From positions 52,810-116,809 of the forward strand of contig CAWFJG010000028.1 of NCBI GenBank assembly GCA_963816065.1: 64,000 bases of DNA, given 5' to 3'. Position 1 is the first letter of the stretch, and every line of letters begins with the position of its first letter. Below are positions 55,785 to 64,000 of the stretch, one piece after another. The stretch is from an uncultured Alphaproteobacteria bacterium. Lineage in GTDB: Bacteria > Pseudomonadota > Alphaproteobacteria > Rhizobiales > Beijerinckiaceae. A model generated the notes under the pieces. That model saw only the letters and a list, made by a program, of their open reading frames with translations. It was not told where the DNA came from and made no database searches. The translations under genes and the position numbers were made by a program.

Positions 55785-56668
55785 AGGGCATCATTTTGGC
55801 GGGCGGAGCGGGTACGCGACTGCACCCGATCACTCTGGCCGTCTCTAAGCAGCTCGTGCCGGTCTATGATAAGCCGATGATTTATTATCCGCTTTCGGTC
55901 GTGATGCTGGCTGGCATCCGCGACGTTTTGATCATCTCGACCCCGCACGACCTGCCGATGTTCCGCCGCCTCCTCGGCGACGGCGCGCAATGGGGCATAG
56001 GCATAGAATACGCCGAGCAGGCGATCCCTAACGGTCTGGCGCAGGCCTTCGTCATCGGCGAGTCGTTTATCGGCGGCAAGCCGGCGATGCTGGTCCTCGG
56101 CGACAATATCTTCTACGGCGCCGGACTCGGCGAACAGTTGCGACGCGCGGTGCGGCGCAAGACCGGCGCGACCGTGTTCGCCTATCACGTGCCCGATCCG
56201 GAACGCTATGGAGTTGTCGAGTTCGACTCCTCCATGCGGGCGGTTTCGATTGAAGAAAAGCCAATGCGGCCGAGGTCGCACTGGGCCGTGACGGGTCTCT
56301 ACTTCTACGACTCGAAAGTCGTCGAGATCGCGAAGGGTCTGAAGCCGTCAGCTCGGGGCGAATACGAAATCACCGACGTCAACCGCATCTACATGGAGGC
56401 CGACACGCTCAACGTGGAGCGTATGGGACGCGGCTACGCTTGGCTCGACACCGGCACGCCCAACTCGCTGGTCGACGCAGCGGGCTTCGTGCGTACGCTC
56501 GAGGCGCGACAAGGGGTGAAGATCTGCTGTCCCGAGGAGATCGCCTTCGACCAGGACTTTATCGGCGCCGCCGAGCTCGAGGCGCTCGCCGACCGATTCG
56601 GCAAGAGCGCCTACGGCCAGTATCTCCGCTCGGTCCTCGATGAGCGCCGGGACTCGAAGCGGCGCTGA
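55781..56668 (+). CDS. rmlA: Glucose-1-phosphate thymidylyltransferase
   Basis: [31 protein letters not shown]; GTG start overlaps the rmlB stop. Confidence 0.96.
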   Translation: MKGIILAGGAGTRLHPITLAVSKQLVPVYDKPMIYYPLSVVMLAGIRDVLIISTPHDLPMFRRLLGDGAQWGIGIEYAEQAIPNGLAQAFVIGESFIGGKPAMLVLGDNIFYGAGLGEQLRRAVRRKTGATVFAYHVPDPERYGVVEFDSSMRAVSIEEKPMRPRSHWAVTGLYFYDSKVVEIAKGLKPSARGEYEITDVNRIYMEADTLNVERMGRGYAWLDTGTPNSLVDAAGFVRTLEARQGVKICCPEEIAFDQDFIGAAELEALADRFGKSAYGQYLRSVLDERRDSKRR

Positions 56669-56931
56669 GCTGCCCGGGTGTTCGCTCCAAGCTCGAGCCC
56701 GCGGACTGGAAGCCATTCTGGCGAGGGGAAGGGGCGCGGAAGACGCCTGGGTCGGCAACCGGAAACGTCAGCGCGATTTCGCCCGAGGGTCCGAGCGGCG
56801 ATGGCGAACTTCGATTGCGACAGCGCTGCAATTTGCTCCGGTATTTGGACATTTGCCGTGCTCCCTCTCGCGCTGTAACATATTGACCGTGTCATCGAAT
56901 CTCGCGGTCTTCCGAACAGAAGGAAAAGCCG

Positions 56932-57909
56932 ATGAGCGACAAGCTGCGGCCGGACCAACCTGACCTCAACGCCCCCGCCTTGGCGTCCAGGCCGGGCTTT
57001 GACCACGACCGTGCTCTTCGGTCGATTGTAACCATCCAATCCTCGATTCCGGAAGACGCCTTTACGGCACAGACGCTGGGCGAGCAGCGGAGCGGGAGCG
57101 GCGTCGTGATCCGCGACACGGGACTCGTGTTGACGATCGGCTATCTCATCACCGAGGCAGAAAGCGTGTGGATCGCCCGCGCCGATGGACGCGTCACACC
57201 AGGGCATGCGCTGGCGGTCGATCAGGAGTTGGGCTTCGGGCTTGTGCAGGCGCTGGAACGGCTCGACTGGCCTGCGTTGGAACTGGGACGTTCCGATCTG
57301 GCGCGGATCGGTGACCCCGTCCTTGTCGCGGCGGGCGGCGGGACAAGGGCGGTGAATGCGGAGATCGTCGGCAGACAGGAATTTGCGGGCTACTGGGAAT
57401 ACTATCTCGACGATGCCATTTTCACTTCTCCGGCCCATCCATTCTGGGGCGGCGCTGGCGCGATCGGATCGGACGGCCGCCTCCTCGGCATTGGCTCCCT
57501 GCATGTTGAGCAGACGCCTGAAGGCGGCGCAGCACGGGACGTAAACATGGTCGTGCCAATCGGGCTCCTGCCGCCCATCCTCGACGACCTCCTGACGTTC
57601 GGTCGGGTGAACAAACCGGCGAGACCGTGGCTCGGCATCTATTCTGCGGAGCACGATGGCGAAATTGTCGTGGCGGCGGTCTCGGAACGCGGCCCGGCGG
57701 CGGAGGCCGGTATTCGGCGCGGCGACGTTCTCGCAGGCGTGGGCGGAGTGGAATTCTCCGATCTCGGCAGCTTCTATCGCAAGCTCTGGGGCATGGGTGA
57801 AGCGGGCGTCGAGGTGCCGATCGAGATTGTTCGCGAGGGGCACACACTCGGCGTCAAAGTCCGCTCGGCGAATCGCGCGGCCTTCCTAAAGAGACCCCGG
57901 CTACAGTAG
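56932..57909 (+). CDS. S1C/HtrA-like trypsin-fold + PDZ protein with non-canonical catalytic motifs
   Basis: GSGVVI and LTIGYLI in the protease domain; RPWLGI...GPAAEAGIRRGD PDZ domain. Confidence 0.8.
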   Translation: MSDKLRPDQPDLNAPALASRPGFDHDRALRSIVTIQSSIPEDAFTAQTLGEQRSGSGVVIRDTGLVLTIGYLITEAESVWIARADGRVTPGHALAVDQELGFGLVQALERLDWPALELGRSDLARIGDPVLVAAGGGTRAVNAEIVGRQEFAGYWEYYLDDAIFTSPAHPFWGGAGAIGSDGRLLGIGSLHVEQTPEGGAARDVNMVVPIGLLPPILDDLLTFGRVNKPARPWLGIYSAEHDGEIVVAAVSERGPAAEAGIRRGDVLAGVGGVEFSDLGSFYRKLWGMGEAGVEVPIEIVREGHTLGVKVRSANRAAFLKRPRLQ

Positions 57910-58350
57910 CGCCGCAACCCGCGACGAGTTCAGAAGGTCCTCAATCAGCACGAAAGCGGACGCGCTTCGCGTGACGCCCCTTGAGGAGCGACGTCGACTG
58001 GGGGTCTCCGAAACCAAGGACAACCCGAAAAGGGCCGCCGCTCCGCGGTGCGTCTTGTAGCAGGCTCAATGACCGTGCTACCTCGCCGTATGACGCATCC
58101 TTGATTTGGAAGACCCCCGCCTGTAAGCAGCAGGCTTTTAGTACACACAGATCGTTTCTTGGCGCTGTGACGGCCGTCACACTCTGAATACGAGTTATGC
58201 ATGGAGAATGCAGGTCGTGCGCGTAACGCGCCCTGTGCGCACCACGAACTCTCCTCAGCGCCGGTGGAAGATCGAGCGGCGGTTGGAGAAAGCCGAGATC
58301 GACGCCGAAATTCCGACGAGATGGGGCCCCGTTCCGCTGCTTTATGTGCT

Positions 58351-59715
58351 TCAGCCGGCCTTGACGAGACGCGCAGCGAAAAAGCCGTCGAGTTCGGAAC
58401 GCCGGGGATCGTCGCCCCAGAGATGGCATGGCAACGTGCGCAGTTCGCCGGCAGGCGTCAGGCATTCCGACAGGCCGCCAATCTCATCAGCAGAGATTGG
58501 CTCCCGACGGACGTCTGGGTTTCGCCGCAGCAGCGCAACGATCTGCGCCGCGCCTTCCTCCGGCTCGAGCGAACACGTGCAATAGACGATGTAGCCCCCG
58601 GGGCGAGTCAGCGCGACCGCCTTGTCCAGCAGCAGACTTTGCAACTTCACAAGTCCCGGAAGGTCGGTCGGGCGCTTAAGCCAAGCGACGTCCGGGTGAC
58701 GCCGAATGGTCCCGGTCGCCGAGCACGGCGCATCGACCAGACTGGCGTCGAATGGCGCGGCATCGAAGGCGAGGGCATCGGCGACAACGATTTCCGCATG
58801 AAACTTAAGCCGCTCGAAATTGGCGGCAAGAACCTTCAACCGCTCCGCCGATCGGTCGACTGCCGTTACGACGGCGCCGGCTGCTGACAATTCGGCGCTC
58901 TTCCCGCCGGGCGCCGCGCAGAGATCCACAATCCGCTGGCCCGCCCGCGCACGGATCAGCCGCGCAGGAAGCGCCGCAGCGGCGTCCTGCACCCACCACT
59001 CGCCCTCGGCATAGCCTTCCAGCTCTGCGATCGGGAGATGCGAATCGAGCCGGACGGAACCGGTGGGAAGCACGATCCCGCCGAGCCTTTCGGCCCAGCC
59101 CGAGGCATCGCTTTTTACGCTGAGATCGAGCGTCGGCTCGCAGCGATGCGCCCCCGCGATCGCAAGCGCGGCCTCATTGCCATAAATGGCGCGCCAGCGC
59201 GCCGCCAGCCACGCCGGGGTGTCGTCTTCGAGAGGGTGCGAATTGGCAAGAATCAGCGCACGATCGCGCGCGACTGTGCGAAGAATTGCGTTGGCTAGAC
59301 CCGCGAACGGCGCGCTCGCGGCCTCCGCGCGCGTGGCTCTGACAGCGAGATCGACGGCCGCATGATCGGGGATGTCAAGGAAAAGAAGTTGGGCGGCCCC
59401 GACGACAAGAGTCCATTCCAGAGATCCGCTTCGTTTCGGCATGCCTTTTTCGAGTTTTTGGACCAGCGCCTTGCGGATCGTTCCAAGCCGACGAAGCGCA
59501 ACGGTTGCGATCGAGCGCGCGAGCGCGCGGTCACGCGGGTCCAGACGAGGATCGCGCAGCGACAGATCAGCGGCCATGCGTTCTTCAAGCGGCCGTCCCG
59601 TTGTCACCGCCTCCGCGATCGCTCGCGCCGCCGCCACCCTTGCCGTCAATCCAGGCGGTGGCGGTTCGGGGGCGCGTGTGCGGGGTCCAGAATATCCGCG
59701 CTGCTGTTTGATCAA
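58351..59715 (-). CDS. rsmB: RsmB/Sun 16S rRNA m5C methyltransferase (NusB-like + MTase domains)
   Basis: VQDAAA, DLCAAPGGK, DAPCSATG..RRHPD, YCTCS. Confidence 0.88.
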   Translation of the reverse strand: MIKQQRGYSGPRTRAPEPPPPGLTARVAAARAIAEAVTTGRPLEERMAADLSLRDPRLDPRDRALARSIATVALRRLGTIRKALVQKLEKGMPKRSGSLEWTLVVGAAQLLFLDIPDHAAVDLAVRATRAEAASAPFAGLANAILRTVARDRALILANSHPLEDDTPAWLAARWRAIYGNEAALAIAGAHRCEPTLDLSVKSDASGWAERLGGIVLPTGSVRLDSHLPIAELEGYAEGEWWVQDAAAALPARLIRARAGQRIVDLCAAPGGKSAELSAAGAVVTAVDRSAERLKVLAANFERLKFHAEIVVADALAFDAAPFDASLVDAPCSATGTIRRHPDVAWLKRPTDLPGLVKLQSLLLDKAVALTRPGGYIVYCTCSLEPEEGAAQIVALLRRNPDVRREPISADEIGGLSECLTPAGELRTLPCHLWGDDPRRSELDGFFAARLVKAG

Positions 59716-59884
59716 ACCCGCCTCGCCTCGAATCGGTTCACGCTTCCTTGGAACAATTCTATATGCGATTTTTCAGGCCGGCTCGCGTCAGGCTGTCGCG
59801 CAGGAACGCCGTGTTGAGGCAAGGCGCCCCAAAGAACAGCGGCAGCGCGGCACTCTGTGCTTACCAGGGTTCCGAATTGAGGCG

Positions 59885-60260
59885 TTTCCAACAGGACCGG
59901 ATCGATCCGGTTCATCATGATGTCGAGCCAGCGCCCCGAGGAAACTCCCCAGTGGAAGTCCAGGAACCACGGTCTTGCCGTCGATGGCGATCGCGCCGAG
60001 CGGCCCGGGCCAGCAGGCGCGCACCCAGTCCATGAAGCAGGCGGCGACGCTGCAGGAACTCGAGATGGGCTTTTCCTCAGTCGGAGATGGCGTCGAAGCT
60101 GTCGCAATCGGCGATCGTGGCGCAGACGCACAGGAGCAAAACCTCGTCCAGCTTGTGCGCCACGCTCTCCGGAGTTCGCTTGTCCTCGATCCGGGAAAAG
60201 TGGTCCAGCAGAAGCCGCAACCGCGAGTGTTGGCCGGCTTGGGAAGGGAAACGCGTCCAT
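59885..60260 (-). pseudogene. ISAs1-family transposase remnant (N-terminal, scrambled)
   Basis: LLDHFSRIEDKR...HKLDEVLLLCVCATIADCDSFDAISD*G, AACFMDWV...IAIDGKT and HWGVSSGRWL..MMNRIDP fragments in different frames. Confidence 0.8.
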
Positions 60261-60460
60261 GAGCAGGCTCCAAATCAGGAGCCCTCATGGATTCAGCCTT
60301 CGGGCAATTCGTAAATCCCGTCAACCCGACGTCGAAGCCCTGCTGTGTTTAGCGAACGTCTTGCTGCGGCGCAATATTTGTGGTAGCGTTCGCGAACGGT
60401 TGATCGAATGGCTGCTTCGATGAATCGTCACAATCTGGCATTGGATAGGGGGAACTTCCA

Positions 60461-60622
60461 ATGAAGCGAGTTGCGCTTTGCGTTATTCTCAGCGCCGGTG
60501 TGGCGGCGTTCTTCAACGGCCCGGTCCTTGATCCAGCCAATTGGGCCCTGATTCTTGCCGGCGTCGCCGGCGGCGGCCTGTTCGTCGCGCGACCGAAGCC
60601 GCCGATCGGTATCGACGGCTGA
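60461..60622 (+). CDS. Small 53-aa hydrophobic protein
   Basis: MKRVALCVILSAGVAAFFNGPVLDPANWALILAGVAGGGLFVARPKPPIGIDG*, GGGGGA RBS; not in the ORF track. Confidence 0.5.
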   Translation: MKRVALCVILSAGVAAFFNGPVLDPANWALILAGVAGGGLFVARPKPPIGIDG

Positions 60623-60704
60623 TCCTTTTGTTATGGGCCAACTCGCGCTATCTGCAGCTTAGTGGAGGCCTTGGCGGGTCATTCAGCGCTCTGCGACAGC
60701 AATT

Positions 60705-61283
60705 GTGAACGACCACCGGCTAAAGCCGGTGGCTTCGGGTTACGGCTTAAAGCCGGATTGGGTCGGCCCTGAGGGCCGACGTGCTACACAACATTGAAGT
60801 GATCGTCCGGAGTTTCAGGTTTTTGGTCCTCGATGTACTTCTTCCACACCTCGTCCGTGACGTTGCCGCTCGTCGCCACCCAGTAGCCGCGGCCCCACAG
60901 ATGCTGGCCCCAATAGCGCTTCCGAAGCGATTGATACTCCGACAGAAGCTTGTGCGAACTCTTCCCTTTGAGGTACTGCACCGCTCCCGATACCGACACA
61001 TGCGGCGGTATCCCGATCAGCATATGTACGTGGTCCCGGTTGATCGACCCCGCGTAGATGATCATCTCATGAGCCCGCGCAATCTCGCGCAGAAGCTCGC
61101 GCGCCCTCTGCCCTACGTCGCCGCCCAGCAACCGGGAACCGATATTTCGTGATCCACACCACGTGACACTTGCAGTCCCAAATCGTATGGCTGCCAGGCT
61201 TCGCGTCTTGCATAAACCCAGCGTCGCATCCCGGTCGCCTAAAGGCGAGGGGTTTACGGATCCCCGATGTGAGACTCTAAAAG
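60705..61283 (-). mobile_element. tnpA: IS200/IS605-family element, tnpA only (CDS about 60784-61213, +1 frameshift near 61130)
   Basis: HTIWDCK.HVVWITKYR, DHVHML (HUH), LKGKSS, LWGRGY, YIEDQ; end hairpins CCACCGGCTAAAGCCGGTGG and CGCCTAAAGGCG. Confidence 0.88.
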
Positions 61284-61301
61284 TGGGCAGTATCTTGATT
61301 G

Positions 61302-62086
61302 CTATTCGATTATTTGCGTTTTGAGGAGTTCGGACGAGATTGTGAAGGTTGCGAGGGCTTCGAGAAGATCGGACCATGCGGGGAAGACGACGAAAGTCGT
61401 CAGGGTTACGAGATAGGCGAAGCTCATTCGATTTTCGGCCGCCTCTCTGGCCTTACGCCACGGCGGCTCGAGAAGGTCGAGAACCGTATGCCAGGCGATG
61501 CGAGCATATCGTCGCAGATACACCGGGCGGAGCGGCTTCACTTGACGGCGTTGCATTCGCAGTCCTGCTTCTCGGCCCCGTCCTGTTTGGGCGATGATCC
61601 CCGGATCCAAGTCCGAGGATCGGCGCGGCAATGATAGCTTTCGACCTTGCCGCTGCTGCGCTTGCGCGTCTGGCAATGCGGGCAGCCGATCTTCTGGCTG
61701 CAGAAATACTCGGTTCCGTCGAGGACAATGAGCGTTCGTCCGTCGAGCCGGCCGAATGCCTCGCGCATTGCAGGTTCGAGCAGTTGCTCCGTGCGCTCGA
61801 AGCAGGGCGAAAGCGGCGCGGGGTCCGCCCCGTCGAGCATGTCCCTGATATAATTGTCGGAGGGAATCTTCTCGATGCCGAACAAGGTCTGCCAGTTCGA
61901 GCGCCCTTGCCCCTTCTCCAAGGTCCGCTGAAAGGACAGCAATGACGCGCTCTGCATGAAGGACATGGCGAAGGCGGACAGACCGAAATCCGCCATGGCG
62001 ATGTTGCCGCTCCGCCCCTTGCGAGGGTCCGGAAACGCAGCGCAAACCGCCTTTAGGCCAGAGAGAGGCGACGCCAAAACCTCCAT
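61302..62086 (-). pseudogene. ISNCY-type DDE transposase remnant with internal deletions
   Basis: FPDPRKG...ADFGLSAF..FMQSASLL.FQR...IPSDNYIRDMLD, LDGTEYF.S..I.CPHC, QDGAEKQDCE. Confidence 0.7.
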
Positions 62087-62183
62087 CCCCAGCGTGAATC
62101 ATGTTTCCTCAGTTTTTGGGAATCCGAAAAGTGCAGCAACTTTTAGAATTGCTGGCTCTGCGGTGGATCTGCGGGTGCGGCGT

Positions 62184-62212
62184 TTGACACGGAAATGCAA
62201 GGCCGCTAAGAG
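62184..62212 (+). promoter_or_regulatory. Putative sigma70 promoter for ffh
   Basis: TTGACA-N17-TAAGAG. Confidence 0.45.
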
Positions 62213-62274
62213 CAGTTCCGATTTCGTCAGGTTTTAGCCTCGTCGATTGAGCCGTGCGATCCTTTGAGATCGAC

Positions 62275-62330
62275 GGTCCCCGTCCGGCAGCGCGGTTGCG
62301 CCCCCGGGCGCGATAGGCGTTGACTATACT
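62275..62330 (+). ncRNA. Possible alphaproteobacterial ffh leader RNA
   Basis: CCGGCAGCGCGGTTGCGCCCCCGGGCGCG GC-rich motif in the ffh 5' leader, resembling the Rfam ffh family from memory; not checked by covariance model. Confidence 0.4.
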
Positions 62331-62413
62331 GGGCGGACGGACAAGAGCTTGGCGAGACCGAGCGCCTACCTATTCGCTTTTGTCGGTTCGCCGATCGCCG
62401 CAAGGAGCTTCCC

Positions 62414-63976
62414 ATGTTCGAGAGCCTTTCCGACAAGCTCTCCGGCATTTTGGACAAACTCACGGGTCGAGGCGCTCTTTCTGAAGAGGACGTCAATGCC
62501 GCCATGCGAGAGGTGCGTCGGGCGCTCCTCGAAGCGGATGTCGCGCTCGAGGTCGTGCGATCTTTCGTCGACCGCACCCGCACCAAGGCTGTCGGAGCCG
62601 CCGTCATCAAATCGGTCAATCCCGGCCAGATGGTGGTCAAAATTGTCCACGACTCCCTGATCGAGACGCTCGGGGGCGAGTTGCAGGCTATCGACCTCAA
62701 CGCGCCGGCGCCCGTCGCGATCATGCTTGTCGGCCTACAGGGGGCAGGCAAGACGACGACTGCGGCCAAGATTGCCAAGCGCCTGTTTGAACGTGACCGC
62801 CGGAAGGTGCTGATGGCCTCGCTCGACGTGAAGCGTCCGGCGGCGCAGGAGCAACTCGCGGTTCTCGGCCAGCAGGTTGGCGTCGACACGCTGCCGATCG
62901 TTCCCGGTCAGGACCCAGTCGACATTGCCAAGCGCGCCGAGGCCGCAGCTCGGCTGCAGGGCTACGACGTTGTTCTGCTTGATACTGCAGGCCGTACGCA
63001 CGTTGACGAACCGCTCATGGAGGAGATGGCGCAGATCCGCGATGCGGCGCGCCCGCACGAGATTCTGCTGGTCGCCGATGCCTTGACCGGTCAGGACGCG
63101 GTCAATCTCGCCAGGAACTTCAACGAGCGGGTGGGCCTCACCGGCATCGTGCTCACGCGTATGGACGGCGATGCGCGGGGCGGAGCGGCGCTTTCGATGC
63201 GTGCGGTCACCGGCAAGCCGATCAAGCTGCTTGGCGTCGGCGAGAAGATGGATGCGGTCGAGGATTTCCATCCCGCTCGCCTCGCCGACCGGATTCTGGG
63301 CATGGGCGATATCGTCAGCCTGGTCGAGAAGGCGGCGCAGACGATCGATGCGGCGCAAGCGGCCAAGATGGCCGAAAGACTAAGAAAAGGCGCCTTCGAT
63401 CTCAACGATCTCAGCGAGCAACTCGCCCAAATCGAAAAGCTGGGCGGCATGGGCGGCATCATGGGCATGCTGCCCGGGATCGCCAAGATGAAGGACCAAC
63501 TCGCTTCCGCCAATCTCGACGACAAGTTCGTCAAGCGCCAGCGCGCCATCATCTCGTCGATGACGCCGGTCGAGCGGCGCAACCCCGATATCCTCAAAGC
63601 CTCGCGCAAAAAGCGCATTGCTTCGGGCGCGGGCGTCAATGTGGAGCAGGTCAACCGGCTCCTGAAGCAGCACCGGCAGATGTCCGACATGATGAAGATG
63701 ATGGGCGGCGCCAACGCCAAACGCGGCATGATGGGCAAGCTCGGCCAGATGATGGGCCTCGGCAATATGCCGATGCCGACGGCGGAGCAGATCGAGGCGC
63801 TGCAAAGGCAGACGGGCGGCGGCGGATCGCCCGCCCTGCCGCCCGGACAGCTCGGCATCCCGTCGGCGCCGCCGCCCGGGGCCTTCAGCCTGCCTCCGCA
63901 GTTCCCCGGCCTCGGCGGTCCCAAGCTTCCCGGCCTCGGGGGCGGCTTCAGTCCATTCGGGGGAAAGAAGAAATAG
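62414..63976 (+). CDS. ffh: Signal recognition particle protein
   Basis: MFESLSDKL, GLQGAGKTT, DTAGR, DGDARGGAALS, Met-rich M domain. Confidence 0.98.
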   Translation: MFESLSDKLSGILDKLTGRGALSEEDVNAAMREVRRALLEADVALEVVRSFVDRTRTKAVGAAVIKSVNPGQMVVKIVHDSLIETLGGELQAIDLNAPAPVAIMLVGLQGAGKTTTAAKIAKRLFERDRRKVLMASLDVKRPAAQEQLAVLGQQVGVDTLPIVPGQDPVDIAKRAEAAARLQGYDVVLLDTAGRTHVDEPLMEEMAQIRDAARPHEILLVADALTGQDAVNLARNFNERVGLTGIVLTRMDGDARGGAALSMRAVTGKPIKLLGVGEKMDAVEDFHPARLADRILGMGDIVSLVEKAAQTIDAAQAAKMAERLRKGAFDLNDLSEQLAQIEKLGGMGGIMGMLPGIAKMKDQLASANLDDKFVKRQRAIISSMTPVERRNPDILKASRKKRIASGAGVNVEQVNRLLKQHRQMSDMMKMMGGANAKRGMMGKLGQMMGLGNMPMPTAEQIEALQRQTGGGGSPALPPGQLGIPSAPPPGAFSLPPQFPGLGGPKLPGLGGGFSPFGGKKK

Positions 63977-64000
63977 ACCCGCGCACGGACAACTCCGACC

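Noticed and set aside
57941-58340. ORFs between the PDZ protease and rsmB
   Set aside because: No recognisable family or coding signal; may be a degraded mobile-element fragment but this cannot be supported
63780-63976. Gly/Pro-rich repeat at the ffh C-terminus
   Set aside because: Low-complexity tails are common in alphaproteobacterial Ffh
1-64000. CRISPR array, tRNA, rRNA, prophage or known defence genes
   Set aside because: No repeat-spacer arrays, cloverleaf-like sequences, or phage, cas or defence proteins recognised by eye

Overview
GC-rich alphaproteobacterial chromosome segment (Hyphomicrobiales; Roseiarcus/Beijerinckiaceae-like by inference). (1) 0.9-16.4 kb is a surface-polysaccharide locus: two membrane-anchored SGNH proteins, an SxtJ-like gene, a 49-aa SxtK/DUF5989 micropeptide missed by the ORF track, a NodU/CmcH/SxtI O-carbamoyltransferase, a split Wzz + CpsD tyrosine kinase, an ABC exporter and five paralogous GT2 enzymes. 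(2) 16.6-36.9 kb is a complete choline -> betaine -> dimethylglycine -> sarcosine -> glycine island (choXWV, gbcAB, DMG dehydrogenase, soxBDAG, betBA, SMR pump). It has three BetI-type operators and a BetI fused to a catalytically dead ALDH domain, and is bordered by an IS5. (3) 38-64 kb is mostly core genes: gph, YmdB-like, ygfA, 6S RNA, btaAB, D,D-carboxypeptidase, UDG, enoyl-CoA hydratase, GH3, msrA, rmlCDBA, PDZ protease-like, rsmB and ffh. It also holds an uncharacterised Cys-rich three-gene operon and a cluster of IS remnants. About nine genes or IS remnants are broken by single +1 A/T insertions, probably assembly errors, so several ORFs were reconstructed by hand. Top hypothesis: the SxtK micropeptide has a DltX-like C-terminal FIYxxF motif, which suggests an MBOAT-independent carbamoyl relay (carbamoyltransferase -> SxtJ/SxtK Tyr -> SGNH -> glycan).
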